DNA of 64,000 nucleotides. Source: an uncultured Chloroflexia bacterium. Lineage in GTDB: Bacteria > Chloroflexota > Limnocylindria > Limnocylindrales > CSP1-4. Location: contig CAWHDR010000001.1 in the NCBI GenBank assembly GCA_963828165.1, positions 2,304,001 to 2,368,000 on the forward strand. Direction: 5' to 3'. A program made the position numbers and the translations under genes. How positions within the stretch are numbered: the stretch's first letter is position 1; the number at the start of each line of letters is the position of its first letter. Below, piece after piece: positions 1 through 9,310 of the stretch. The notes under the pieces were generated by a model, which saw nothing but the letters and a program-made list of their open reading frames with translations, did not search any database and was not told the origin of the DNA.

Positions 1-1983
1 ATCGACGTAACGAACGCGACGCCCCTCGCTGGCGACGACGCCGCCGCCGTCCATCACGGCGAGACGCTCACCGTTGCGGCTCCCGGGGTCCTCGGCGACG
101 ACACCGACGCCGACGGTGACGCGCTCGTCGTGGACCTTGTCGCCGACGTTGCCGACGGCACGCTGACCCTCGACGCCGACGGCGGCTACGTATACGTGCC
201 GGACCCGGGCTTCGTCGGCACGGATGCCTTCACGTACACGGCCACCGACGGTATCGCGACCTCTGCGACGGCGACGGTGACGATCGACGTCACGGACGCC
301 GCGCCGACCGCCGGCGACGACGCCTGGTCGGTCTCGCATGACCACACCCTCGTCGTCGCGCCACCCGGCGTCCTCGCTGACGATGGGGACGCAGACGCAG
401 ACGCGCTGACGGCCTCGCTGGTCGCTGGCCCATCGAACGGCAGCCTGTCCGGCGGCGCGATCGGCGAGGACGGGGGCTTCACGTACACGGCTGATCCGTC
501 GTTCGTCGGGACCGACACGTTCACCTACCAGGTCTCGGACGGTGCGCTGACGGCGACGGCTACGGTCACCATCGACGTGACGAACGCAGGACCGGTCGCG
601 AACGACGATGCGCTGGCCGCGCATCACCGCGGCACCGCGACGGGGACGGCGCCGGGTGTGCTGGCCAACGACACCGATGCCGACGGCGACCCCCTGGATG
701 CGGTCGTGGTCGACGATGTCGACCATGGCACCCTGGTCCTCGCGGCCGCCGGCTCGTGGGGATATACGCCGCACGCGGGCTTCGTGGGCACCGACAGCTT
801 CACGTACACCGTGACGGACGGACTCGCGACGTCGGCGCCGGCGACCGTGACCATCACCGTGGGCGACACCGCACCGAGCGCCGTCGACGACAGCTGGACG
901 GTCGTGCACGACCGGACGCTCACGATCCCGGCGCCCGGGGTCATCGCGAACGACGACGATGCGGATGGCGATCCCCTGGTCGTCTCGCTGGCGACTGCCC
1001 CCGCGCACGGTACGGTCATCCTCGGCTCGGCCGGTGGGTTCACCTACGTGCCGGACGCCGGATACGTCGGAGCGGACGGCTTCACCTACACGCTGACGGA
1101 CGGGGCGATGACCGACAGCGCGGTCGTGGCCATCGACGTCGTGAACCTGAGCCCGGTCGCGGTGCCGGACGCCTACGAGGTCACGAGTGGTGCTGCGACG
1201 ACGGTCGGTGCCGCGCAGGGCGTCCTCGCCAACGACAGCGACCCGGACGGCGACACTGTCACCGCCACCTGGGCCTCCGGCCCGGCCAACGGCACGCTCA
1301 CCCTGCTGCCAGACGGCAGCTTCACCTACACGTCAGATCCGGGCTTCGTCGGCACCGACTCGTTCACGTACCGACCGACCGACGGCGTCGCCTTCGCAGG
1401 CGCGGTGACCGTCACGGTCGTCGTCAAGGAGGTCCCCACGCCGGGGCCGACCCCGGGGCCCACGCCCACGCCCACACCGACGCCGACGCCGACGTCGGCG
1501 CCTGCGCCGACCCCGACCGCGTCGCCGCCGCCCGATGACAGCGCGCAACCCGGGCCCGATCCGACTTCCGCCCCGACCCCGTCGCCAGATCAGGAGGAGC
1601 CGACTCCGGAGCCGAGCCCCTCCCCGGCCGCGGTGCCGAGCCCCGTGCCGAGCGCATCACCGCAACCGCCGGTCGTGCCACCGCCCGATCCACCGCTGGA
1701 GGGCGGTGGGGACGGTCCGTGGTCGATCGGGTCCGGTGAGGAGGGCGCCGGTGGGACGGACCTGCCGATCGCGAATCTCGCGGCGAGTCTGCTCGGGCTG
1801 TTCGGTCAGGCGTTCGACTGGCTCGTGCCGGGCGCGCTGGTCGGGATGCCCGGCCTGCTGCTGCTTGGAGCCGTGTTTGCCCAGACGTTCGGGGCGTTCG
1901 CGTGGCTGCCTCTGGTCCGCCGGAAGATCGGCGGTTTCGGCTTCGGGGAGCGCCAGGGCAGCGGTGTGCCACACTCGAGCTGA
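1..1983 (+). CDS. Ig-like (Big_9/cadherin-like, tandem-95) repeat surface protein with Pro/Thr linker and C-terminal membrane anchor; 5' truncated by window edge
   Basis: Frame is open from base 1. About five ~95-aa repeats (GVLANDxDxDGD...GxFTYxPxxGFVGTDSFTY), then a (PT)n linker, a hydrophobic C-terminus and RRK. Confidence 0.9.
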   Translation: MDVTNATPLAGDDAAAVHHGETLTVAAPGVLGDDTDADGDALVVDLVADVADGTLTLDADGGYVYVPDPGFVGTDAFTYTATDGIATSATATVTIDVTDAAPTAGDDAWSVSHDHTLVVAPPGVLADDGDADADALTASLVAGPSNGSLSGGAIGEDGGFTYTADPSFVGTDTFTYQVSDGALTATATVTIDVTNAGPVANDDALAAHHRGTATGTAPGVLANDTDADGDPLDAVVVDDVDHGTLVLAAAGSWGYTPHAGFVGTDSFTYTVTDGLATSAPATVTITVGDTAPSAVDDSWTVVHDRTLTIPAPGVIANDDDADGDPLVVSLATAPAHGTVILGSAGGFTYVPDAGYVGADGFTYTLTDGAMTDSAVVAIDVVNLSPVAVPDAYEVTSGAATTVGAAQGVLANDSDPDGDTVTATWASGPANGTLTLLPDGSFTYTSDPGFVGTDSFTYRPTDGVAFAGAVTVTVVVKEVPTPGPTPGPTPTPTPTPTPTSAPAPTPTASPPPDDSAQPGPDPTSAPTPSPDQEEPTPEPSPSPAAVPSPVPSASPQPPVVPPPDPPLEGGGDGPWSIGSGEEGAGGTDLPIANLAASLLGLFGQAFDWLVPGALVGMPGLLLLGAVFAQTFGAFAWLPLVRRKIGGFGFGERQGSGVPHSS

Positions 1984-2115
1984 CTCGAACGCCACGCACG
2001 TCAGCGCTGACACCGTCGCTCTCGCGCGCGTAGGTGACCGCCGCGCTCGGACGCCAGCGGCTTGACGGGTCCGATCTCCGATCATGCCTGTTCGTCACGA
2101 CGTGGAGGTGCCGGT

Positions 2116-2322
2116 TTGACGGGTCCGCCCGAGGCCGCTGCGGGCAGGACCGGCCCGCAGCCCGGCCTGTGCGGCGTGTGTCGCCACTCGCGGCTGATCC
2201 GGACCGCCCGAGGCTCGATCTTCCGGCTGTGCGAGCGCTCGGCCTCCGATCCTCGATTCCCGCGCTACCCCAACCTCCCGGTCGTGCAGTGCGTCGGCTT
2301 CGAGCCGGCGCTCGGGCCCTGA
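2116..2322 (+). CDS. Small Cys-rich hypothetical protein (CxxC...C...C, possible metal binding)
   Basis: SD GGAGGTG at 2104-2110, TTG start at 2116. Sequence GLCGVCRHSRLIRTARGSIFRLCERSASDPRFPRYPNLPVVQCVGFE. Confidence 0.7.
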   Translation: MTGPPEAAAGRTGPQPGLCGVCRHSRLIRTARGSIFRLCERSASDPRFPRYPNLPVVQCVGFEPALGP

Positions 2323-2356
2323 CCGCCAGGATGACGTGCCGTGGGACCATCGTCGC

Positions 2357-2385
2357 TTGACGCCCGCCGGTGAGCCTGCCATCCT
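2357..2385 (+). promoter_or_regulatory. Sigma70-type promoter of trp operon
   Basis: TTGACG-N17-CATCCT with a TG extended -10, directly upstream of the T-box leader. Confidence 0.6.
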
Positions 2386-2404
2386 CCGCCGACATCACGA
2401 AGAA

Positions 2405-2697
2405 CGGGCTGTGAACGGGACGAGTACACGTCGAGCGTCGGCAGAGAGACCCGGTGGCTGGTGGAAACCGGGGCGACGACGGCAGGGAATGGACCCGGGA
2501 GCCTCCGGACCGAACGCGACGGCCGCACGCGCGGCACCAGCCAGTAGGCTCCGGCGCAGAGCGCCAGCGATACAGGGCAGCGCCGATCGCCAGGTCCCAC
2601 GACCGGGCCGTCGGTCACGCAGAGTGCGGCATCGCCGAATGAGGGTGGCACCGCGGAAGGCACGACCTTTCGTCCCGGGACGATAAGGTCGTTTCTG
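2405..2697 (+). promoter_or_regulatory. T-box riboswitch, Trp specifier
   Basis: GA/AGUA motifs and AGAGA box, specifier GAA-TGG-A (TGG 2490-2492), T-box GGGTGGCACCGCG (2643-2655), and an antiterminator overlapping a terminator. Confidence 0.92.
2662..2697 (+). terminator. T-box leader intrinsic terminator
   Basis: ACGACCTTTCGTCCC/GGGACGATAAGGTCGT hairpin followed by TTCTGATT. Confidence 0.8.
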
Positions 2698-2714
2698 ATT
2701 CTCGAGGCCGAGCG

Positions 2715-4355
2715 ATGAGCACCGCCGATCCGATCAGCCTGACGCAGGCCAAGCGATACGCCGCCAACGCCGACACGATCCTGCTGCGCGCGACGCGCCC
2801 GGCCGACCTCGAGACGCCCATCGGCGCGTTCCTCCGCCTCGACGACGGTGGTCCGGCCTACCTCCTCGAGTCGGTCGAGGGGGGCGAGCGGCTCGGCCGC
2901 TATTCGTTCCTGGGCGTCGGTCCGCGCCGACTGCTCGAGGTGCGCGACGGCGAGGCCCGCATCCAGACCCGACCCGTCACGGTCCCGACCTACACGCCGG
3001 ACCTGCCGTTCCACACGGTCGATGGTGGCGACCCGCTGGCCGCGATCCGCGCCTTCGTCCCACGCCGCCGCGTCCAGCCGACCGAGGGGATGCCGCGATT
3101 CACGGGCGGCGCGGTGGGCGCCCTTGCGTACGACGCGAGCTCCATGTTCGAGCCGTCCGTGCCGCTGCCCGAGCACGACCCGGTCGGCGTGCCGACCGCG
3201 GCGTTCATCGAGACCGACCTCGTGCTCGTCTTCGACCACCTCACCCACACGCTCTCGGCCATCGCCTCGCTCCACACCGAGCCCGCCGACCTCGAGGGCC
3301 GCTACAAGATCGCCGAGGCCGCCATCTTCGAGGCGCTCGAGCGCACGTCACGTCCGAGCGCGGCCGAACTGCGCGGCCCGGCCGCGCGTCCCGCGTCCGG
3401 CACCACGATCGCGGGACCGATCGACACGAGCCTCGGCCGCGAGGAGTACATGCACGCCGTCGAGGTCGCGAAGGACGCGATCGCCTCGGGCGAGGCCATC
3501 CAGGTCGTGCTGGCGCGCCGGCAGTCGTTCGACCTGCCGCTCGATCCTGCGACGGGCGCCGCCCTCGACGGGATCGGGCTGTACCGGTCACTGCGGCGCG
3601 TCAACCCCAGCCCGTACCTGTTCTTCGTGCGCACCCCCACCTTCGAGGTCGTGGGTGCCTCCCCGGAGCTGCTCCTGCAGGCAGAGGGCGACAAGCTCAC
3701 GACCCACCCCATCGCCGGCACCCGGCCGCGCGGCGCCGACGAGCGCGAGGACGCGCTGCTCGCGGAGCAACTCCAGCGCGACCCCAAGGAACGCGCCGAG
3801 CACGTGATGCTCGTCGACCTCGGCCGCAACGATCTCGGGCGCGTGTCGCGGGCGGGCACCGTGACCGTCAGCAAGTACATGGAGGTCGAGCGCTACAGCC
3901 ACGTCCTCCATCTCGTCTCGCACGTCGAGGGGCGGCTGAAGCCGGAGCTCGATGCGCTCGACGCGCTCAAGGCGGTGTTCCCCGCGGGCACGCTGTCGGG
4001 CGCGCCCAAGGTCCGCGCCATGCAGCTGATCGCCGCCGCTGAGGGCGAGCGGCGCGGGCTGTACGGTGGGGCCGTGGGCTACCTCGGCTACGACGGCAAC
4101 CTCGACACGGCGATCACGATCCGGAGCGCGGTCCTCAAGGACGGCCAGGCACACGTGCACACGGGCGCGGGCATCGTGGCAGGCTCCGTGCCGGAATCGG
4201 AATTCGAGGAGACCGAGCACAAGGCGGCGGCGCTGCGCCGGGCGATCGAGATGGCCGCCGGCGTCCCGGAGACACCGCGCCCTGGCTCGACCGCAGTGGC
4301 GGACGCCGATGCCGACACGGAGGCTGCGCCGGCATCGTCGGGCGTCCCGTCATGA
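2715..4355 (+). CDS. trpE: Anthranilate synthase component I
   Basis: LLESVEGGERLGRYS, NPSPY, PIAGTRPRG, EHVMLVDLGRND, GTLSGAPKVRAM motifs. Confidence 0.96.
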   Translation: MSTADPISLTQAKRYAANADTILLRATRPADLETPIGAFLRLDDGGPAYLLESVEGGERLGRYSFLGVGPRRLLEVRDGEARIQTRPVTVPTYTPDLPFHTVDGGDPLAAIRAFVPRRRVQPTEGMPRFTGGAVGALAYDASSMFEPSVPLPEHDPVGVPTAAFIETDLVLVFDHLTHTLSAIASLHTEPADLEGRYKIAEAAIFEALERTSRPSAAELRGPAARPASGTTIAGPIDTSLGREEYMHAVEVAKDAIASGEAIQVVLARRQSFDLPLDPATGAALDGIGLYRSLRRVNPSPYLFFVRTPTFEVVGASPELLLQAEGDKLTTHPIAGTRPRGADEREDALLAEQLQRDPKERAEHVMLVDLGRNDLGRVSRAGTVTVSKYMEVERYSHVLHLVSHVEGRLKPELDALDALKAVFPAGTLSGAPKVRAMQLIAAAEGERRGLYGGAVGYLGYDGNLDTAITIRSAVLKDGQAHVHTGAGIVAGSVPESEFEETEHKAAALRRAIEMAAGVPETPRPGSTAVADADADTEAAPASSGVPS

Positions 4356-5017
4356 TCCTCGTGGTCGACAACTACGACAGCTTCACGTTCAACCTGGTGC
4401 AGGCACTCCAGGCCGCCGGCGCGGATGTCCGTGTGCTGCGCAACGACGCCATCGATCGGGCCGGCGTGGAGGCCCTTGCCGACGACCCCGAGGCGCACCT
4501 GCGCGGGATCGTCATCTCACCGGGACCCGGCGACCCGGACGCCGCCGGCGTCTCGGTCGATACGATCAAGGTCGCCGCCGAGCGGAAGCTCCCGCTCCTC
4601 GGCGTGTGCCTCGGCATGCAGTCGATGGCCGCGGCCTACGGCGCCACCATCGTGCGGGCGCCGACCCTCGTCCACGGCGAGGCATCCGAGGTGACCCACG
4701 ACGGGACGGGCCTGCTCGAGGGGATGCCGCCCTCGTTCATGGCCGCCCGATATCACTCGCTGGCGATCGATCCGGCGACGCTGCCCCCGGAGCTGCGAGT
4801 GACGGCGATGAGTGAGGTCGATCGGGTGATCATGGGAATCCGCCACGTCGCCCTGCCGATGGAGGGCGTCCAGTTCCACCCCGAGAGCGTGCTGACCCCG
4901 CAGGGTCCGCACCTGCTCGCGAACTTCCTGCGCCAGGCCGGGGAAGGCGAGGCGTCACTCCTGGACGACGCGACCGGATCGTTCGCGACCGCGGGCCTCG
5001 CGGAGACGGGGCCGTGA
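4352..5017 (+). CDS. trpG: Anthranilate synthase component II (glutamine amidotransferase)
   Basis: DNYDSFT, SPGPG, GVCLG, RYHSL, QFHPES motifs; ATGA overlap with trpE. Confidence 0.95.
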   Translation: MILVVDNYDSFTFNLVQALQAAGADVRVLRNDAIDRAGVEALADDPEAHLRGIVISPGPGDPDAAGVSVDTIKVAAERKLPLLGVCLGMQSMAAAYGATIVRAPTLVHGEASEVTHDGTGLLEGMPPSFMAARYHSLAIDPATLPPELRVTAMSEVDRVIMGIRHVALPMEGVQFHPESVLTPQGPHLLANFLRQAGEGEASLLDDATGSFATAGLAETGP

Positions 5018-6081
5018 GCGAGCACGTCCGAACCGCCCTCACGACGATCGTCGAAGGCGGCACTTTGACCCTGGACGAGGCGCGCCTGGCGATGGGCGCC
5101 GTGATGGACGGCGATGCGACGCCAGCCCAGCTGGCAGCGCTGCTGATGGGGCTGCGGATGCGCGGCGAGACCGTCGACGAGCTGGCCGGCTTCGCGACTG
5201 CCATGCGCGAGCGGGTCGTGCGCGTCGAGGCGCCCGAGGGGACCGTGGACGTCGTCGGCACCGGTGGCGATGGAAGCGGCACGTTCAACATCTCGTCGGC
5301 CTCCGCGCTGGTGCTCGCCGCCGCCGGCGTTCCGGTGGCCAAGCACGGGAACCGGGCGATCACCTCGAAGGCGGGCTCGGCGGACGTGCTCGATGCGCTC
5401 GGGATCCGGATCGATCACGACGCGACGTCCGCGGCCGCCGCCCTCGGCGAGCTCGGCTTCGCGTTCCTGTTCGCCCCGAACTTCCACCCGGCGATGCGCC
5501 ATGCGGGCCCGACCCGCAAGGAGATCGGGGTGCGGACGGCGTTCAACCTTCTCGGACCACTCACGAACCCCGCCGGCACGCGCCGGCAGCTGCTCGGCGT
5601 CGGCGATGCCGGGGCCGCGGGCCGGTTCGCGGAGGTGGTCCATCGACTGGGTACGGAGCGGACGCTCGTGGTCCATGGAGCGGGGGTCGACGAGCTGCCG
5701 CTCGACGGCACGGGCGTCGTCTACGACGTGACGACGGACGGCGTCGAGCAGCGCTTCGTCGACGCCGAGGCGCTCGGCCTGCGGCCGGCCGCGACCTCGA
5801 AGCTCGCCGGTGGCGATGCGGCCACGAACGCGCGCTACGTGGAAGCCGTCCTTCGCGGCGAGCCCGGGGCGCGGCGGGACGTGGTGCTGCTCAACGCCGG
5901 AGCCGCGTTCATCGCCGCGGGCTCGGTCGAGACGCTCGAGGACGGCCTCGAGCGGGCGGCGCTGACCATCGATGCCGGGCTGACCGCCGAGCTTCTCGGT
6001 CGGCTCCGGGCGGAGCGCACGGCGGCCGAAGCGGCGACGAAGGCCACCACCGCCCCATCCGAGGCCGGGGCGCCGGCATGA
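5014..6081 (+). CDS. trpD: Anthranilate phosphoribosyltransferase
   Basis: GTGGDG, NISS, KHGNR, GSADVL, FNLLGPLTNP motifs. Confidence 0.96.
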   Translation: MSEHVRTALTTIVEGGTLTLDEARLAMGAVMDGDATPAQLAALLMGLRMRGETVDELAGFATAMRERVVRVEAPEGTVDVVGTGGDGSGTFNISSASALVLAAAGVPVAKHGNRAITSKAGSADVLDALGIRIDHDATSAAAALGELGFAFLFAPNFHPAMRHAGPTRKEIGVRTAFNLLGPLTNPAGTRRQLLGVGDAGAAGRFAEVVHRLGTERTLVVHGAGVDELPLDGTGVVYDVTTDGVEQRFVDAEALGLRPAATSKLAGGDAATNARYVEAVLRGEPGARRDVVLLNAGAAFIAAGSVETLEDGLERAALTIDAGLTAELLGRLRAERTAAEAATKATTAPSEAGAPA

Positions 6082-8957
6082 CCGTGACCGAAGCTCGGGC
6101 TCGAGCGGGAACGTCGCCGAGCCAGAACGTCGTCGAGCAGATCGCCGCCCGGAGACGCGAGGACGTCGCGGCCGAATTCGCCGCCCATCCGACCAGGCCG
6201 GATCAGCAGGTCCCCGAAAGGCCCGAGCCGCGATCCTTCATCGAGCCATTCACGCGGCCCGGCCTGCACCTGATCGCCGAGGTCAAGCGCTCCTCGCCCT
6301 CGGCCGGGCAGATCGCGGCCGAGCGGCTGGACATCGTCGCGCAGGCGCGGGCGTATGCCGCCGGTGGGGCGGCGGCGATCTCCGTGCTGTGCGAGCCCCA
6401 CTGGTTCGGTGGCTCGGTCGACGACGTTCGACGTGTCCGAGATGCCGTCAGCATCCCGGTGTTGGCGAAGGAATTCGTCGTCGATCCGAGGCAGTTCGGA
6501 TCGCTTCGTGCCGCCGGTGCCGACGCGGTGCTCATCCTGGTCGTCCTGCATCCGAACAAGCGCCGTCTTCGCGAGCTCGTCTCGCTGGCGACGGACCTGG
6601 GCCTGGAGCCGCTGGTCGAGGCCCACGACCGGCGGGAGCTCGAGCTCGCGCTCGAGTCCGGCGCTCGCGCGATCGGCGTCAACAATCGCGACCTGCGGAC
6701 CCTCGACGTCGACGTCGAGCGTGCCGACCGTCTGCGGTCGCTCGTGCCCGACGACCGCGTCGTCATCGCCGAGTCTGGCGTCCGCGATCCATCCACCGTT
6801 GCGCGATGGAGAGCGCTCGGTTTCGACGGCGCCCTGGTGGGCGAGGCCCTGATGCGAGCGGCCGATCCGGCGGCAACGGTGCGCTCGTTCGTCGCCGCAG
6901 GGCGGCAGCCGGAAGATCCGGCAAACGTCGCCCGGCGACCCTTCGTGAAGATCTGCGGTGTGACCGACGCGGATGGCGTCGCTGCGGCGGTCGCGGCCGG
7001 GGCGGACGCCATCGGCCTGAACGTGGTCGCTGGCACGCCCCGCGAGCTCGGGTCGACCGAAGCCGGCGAGCTCGCAACGATGGTTCGCTCGATCGCGCCA
7101 CCGGCCCGACGGCCGGGCGTCGTGCTCATCACCGCGGATGCATCGACGGAGCTGATCCGCGAGACATCGCTTGCCGTGGACCCCGACGCGATCCAGGCGA
7201 GCGGCCACGAAACGATCGCCGCGGTCAGCGCCCTGCCACGGCCGTGCTGGAAGGTGCTGCACCTGCCGGTGAGCGATGGCGGGCAGCCCACCCGGGTGGC
7301 CGGCGGCACGGTCGAGGCGGCCGGAGCCTATCTCGCCACCGGCGCGGAGCGCATCCTCCTCGATACGGCAGGTGGCCTGCATCCGGGTGGCACGGGCCGG
7401 CGCGTCGCGGTGTCGCTGGCCGCGGCCGTGGCGCGGGAGGTGCCGGTGATCCTGGCCGGCGGCCTGACCGCGGCCAATGTCGCGGGGGCCCTGCGCGAGA
7501 TCCCGGCGGTCGGCGTGGACGTGGCCAGTGGCGTCGAGGCGCCTCGAAACCCCGGGGAGCGGCCGCGCAAGGACCCCGTCAAGGTCGCGCTGTTCGTCAA
7601 ACGCGCAAAGGCGTCGCGTGACGACCGTCCCAACGTGCCGTTCGGGCCGACGCCCGTCCATGCCGGCCTGCTCGCCGCCGATGGAGCGGGGCGCTGGGGC
7701 ATGGAGCGCGACTTCGGCGGCCGGTACGTTCCCGAGACGCTGATGGCGGCGCTGGCCCAGCTCGAGACCGCGTACGACGCCCTCCGCCACGATCCCGTGT
7801 TCTGGTCCGACCTCCGCGAGCTGCTGGAACGGTTCGCGGGCAGGCCCACCGCGTTGTATCGTGCCGACCGGCTGGCCGAGGCCGTCCGCGGCGAAGCCAT
7901 GCGCCTCGCCGGCGCCGTGGCCCGCTCGACGGAGCCCATCCCCGCGCTGCGCCTCTACCTGAAGCGCGAAGACCTCGCCCACACCGGGGCCCACAAGATC
8001 AACAACGCCCTTGGCCAGGCGCTGCTGACCCGCCGCCTCGGCAAGACCCGAGTGATCGCCGAGACCGGTGCCGGCCAGCATGGGGTGGCGACGGCGACCG
8101 CCTGCGCGCTGCTCGACCTGCCCTGCGTGGTGTACATGGGCGCCGAGGACATCGAGCGGCAGGGGCCCAACGTCCTGCGCATGAACGCGCTCGGCGCGGA
8201 GGTTCGCAGCGTCACATCCGGCACGGCCACGCTCAAGGATGCGGTCAACGAAGCCATGCGCGACTGGGTCACGAACGTCGAGACGACCCACTACGTCCTG
8301 GGCTCGGCGATGGGGCCGCACCCGTACCCCACGATCGTCGGCGACCTGCAGCGCCGCATCGGCGACGAGGCCGCCGCGCAGCTCCAGGACGTGGAGGGCC
8401 GCCTGCCGGACCTCGCCATCGCCTGCGTGGGTGGTGGCTCGAACGCGATCGGGCTGCTGGCGCGGTTCATCGGAGAGCCAGGCGTGCGCCTGGCCGTTGC
8501 AGAGGCGGCGGGCGACGGCATGGAGACCGGCCGCCATGCCGCGGCGATCCTGGGTGGCACGCCCGGCATCCTCCACGGATCGCGCTCCTTGATGCTCCAG
8601 GACCGCGACGGCCAGGTCGTCGAGGCCCATTCGGCCTCGGCGGGTCTCGATTACCCCGGGATCGGCCCGCAGCTCGCTGCGCTGGCGGAGGCTGGGCGGA
8701 TCGAGGTCGCGGCGGCGACCGATCGCGAGGCCGTGGCCGCCATGAAGGCGACGACTCGCACCGAAGGCATCCTGCCGGCGCTCGAGACCGCGCACGCGAT
8801 CGCGGCCTTGCCCAAGGTGCTCGCCGGCGTCGATGGCCTCGGGGGCGGATTCGGTGAGGAAGTCGTCGCCCTGCTCGGGTTCTCCGGGCGCGGCGACAAG
8901 GACCTCGCGGCGCTCGTCCGCTTCGACGACGTGGAGCCGTGGGACAGCGTGCGGTGA
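6078..8957 (+). CDS. trpCFB: Trifunctional indole-3-glycerol-phosphate synthase / PRA isomerase / tryptophan synthase beta fusion
   Basis: One 959-aa ORF with TrpC (IAEVKRSSPSAG, GVNNRDL), TrpF (VKICG, LAGGL, VDVASGVE) and TrpB (KREDLAHTGAHKINN, ETGAGQHG, GGGSNA, GLDYPG, SGRGDKD) motifs. Confidence 0.93.
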   Translation: MTVTEARARAGTSPSQNVVEQIAARRREDVAAEFAAHPTRPDQQVPERPEPRSFIEPFTRPGLHLIAEVKRSSPSAGQIAAERLDIVAQARAYAAGGAAAISVLCEPHWFGGSVDDVRRVRDAVSIPVLAKEFVVDPRQFGSLRAAGADAVLILVVLHPNKRRLRELVSLATDLGLEPLVEAHDRRELELALESGARAIGVNNRDLRTLDVDVERADRLRSLVPDDRVVIAESGVRDPSTVARWRALGFDGALVGEALMRAADPAATVRSFVAAGRQPEDPANVARRPFVKICGVTDADGVAAAVAAGADAIGLNVVAGTPRELGSTEAGELATMVRSIAPPARRPGVVLITADASTELIRETSLAVDPDAIQASGHETIAAVSALPRPCWKVLHLPVSDGGQPTRVAGGTVEAAGAYLATGAERILLDTAGGLHPGGTGRRVAVSLAAAVAREVPVILAGGLTAANVAGALREIPAVGVDVASGVEAPRNPGERPRKDPVKVALFVKRAKASRDDRPNVPFGPTPVHAGLLAADGAGRWGMERDFGGRYVPETLMAALAQLETAYDALRHDPVFWSDLRELLERFAGRPTALYRADRLAEAVRGEAMRLAGAVARSTEPIPALRLYLKREDLAHTGAHKINNALGQALLTRRLGKTRVIAETGAGQHGVATATACALLDLPCVVYMGAEDIERQGPNVLRMNALGAEVRSVTSGTATLKDAVNEAMRDWVTNVETTHYVLGSAMGPHPYPTIVGDLQRRIGDEAAAQLQDVEGRLPDLAIACVGGGSNAIGLLARFIGEPGVRLAVAEAAGDGMETGRHAAAILGGTPGILHGSRSLMLQDRDGQVVEAHSASAGLDYPGIGPQLAALAEAGRIEVAAATDREAVAAMKATTRTEGILPALETAHAIAALPKVLAGVDGLGGGFGEEVVALLGFSGRGDKDLAALVRFDDVEPWDSVR

Positions 8958-9310
8958 CCGGAGACGAGGTCCGCGCGCTGTGCCTCGGCCTGCCCGAGAC
9001 GACCGAGAAGGAGACCTGGGGCGACGAGTCGACCCCGGGTCACCCCACGTTCCGGATCCGCGACAAGATCTTCGTGATCATGGCCGACGACGGCTCGGGC
9101 GGAAGCATCCGCACGTCGATGGGCGAGCAGTCCGACCTGATGAGCTCGTTTCCGGAAGCGGCACGAAGCGCGGCGTACGTCGGACGGTTCGGATGGGTGG
9201 ACGTCGACTTCGGCGGGATCCCGGACGAGGTCCTGCGCGAGATCATCGAAGCCGCCTGGGCGCGGACCGCGCCGAAGAAGCTGGCAGCGGCCTGGCGGGA
9301 GTCGCGGTGA
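8954..9310 (+). CDS. MmcQ/YjbR family protein
   Basis: RALCLGLPETTEKETWG...PTFRIRDKIF...YVGRFGWV signature; GTGA overlaps at both ends. Confidence 0.85.
   Translation: MTGDEVRALCLGLPETTEKETWGDESTPGHPTFRIRDKIFVIMADDGSGGSIRTSMGEQSDLMSSFPEAARSAAYVGRFGWVDVDFGGIPDEVLREIIEAAWARTAPKKLAAAWRESR

Noticed and set aside
8833-9306. N-terminal extension of TrpA in the ORF track
   Set aside because: The region is occupied by the trpB end and the MmcQ gene in other frames; trpA starts at the GTGA overlap at 9307.
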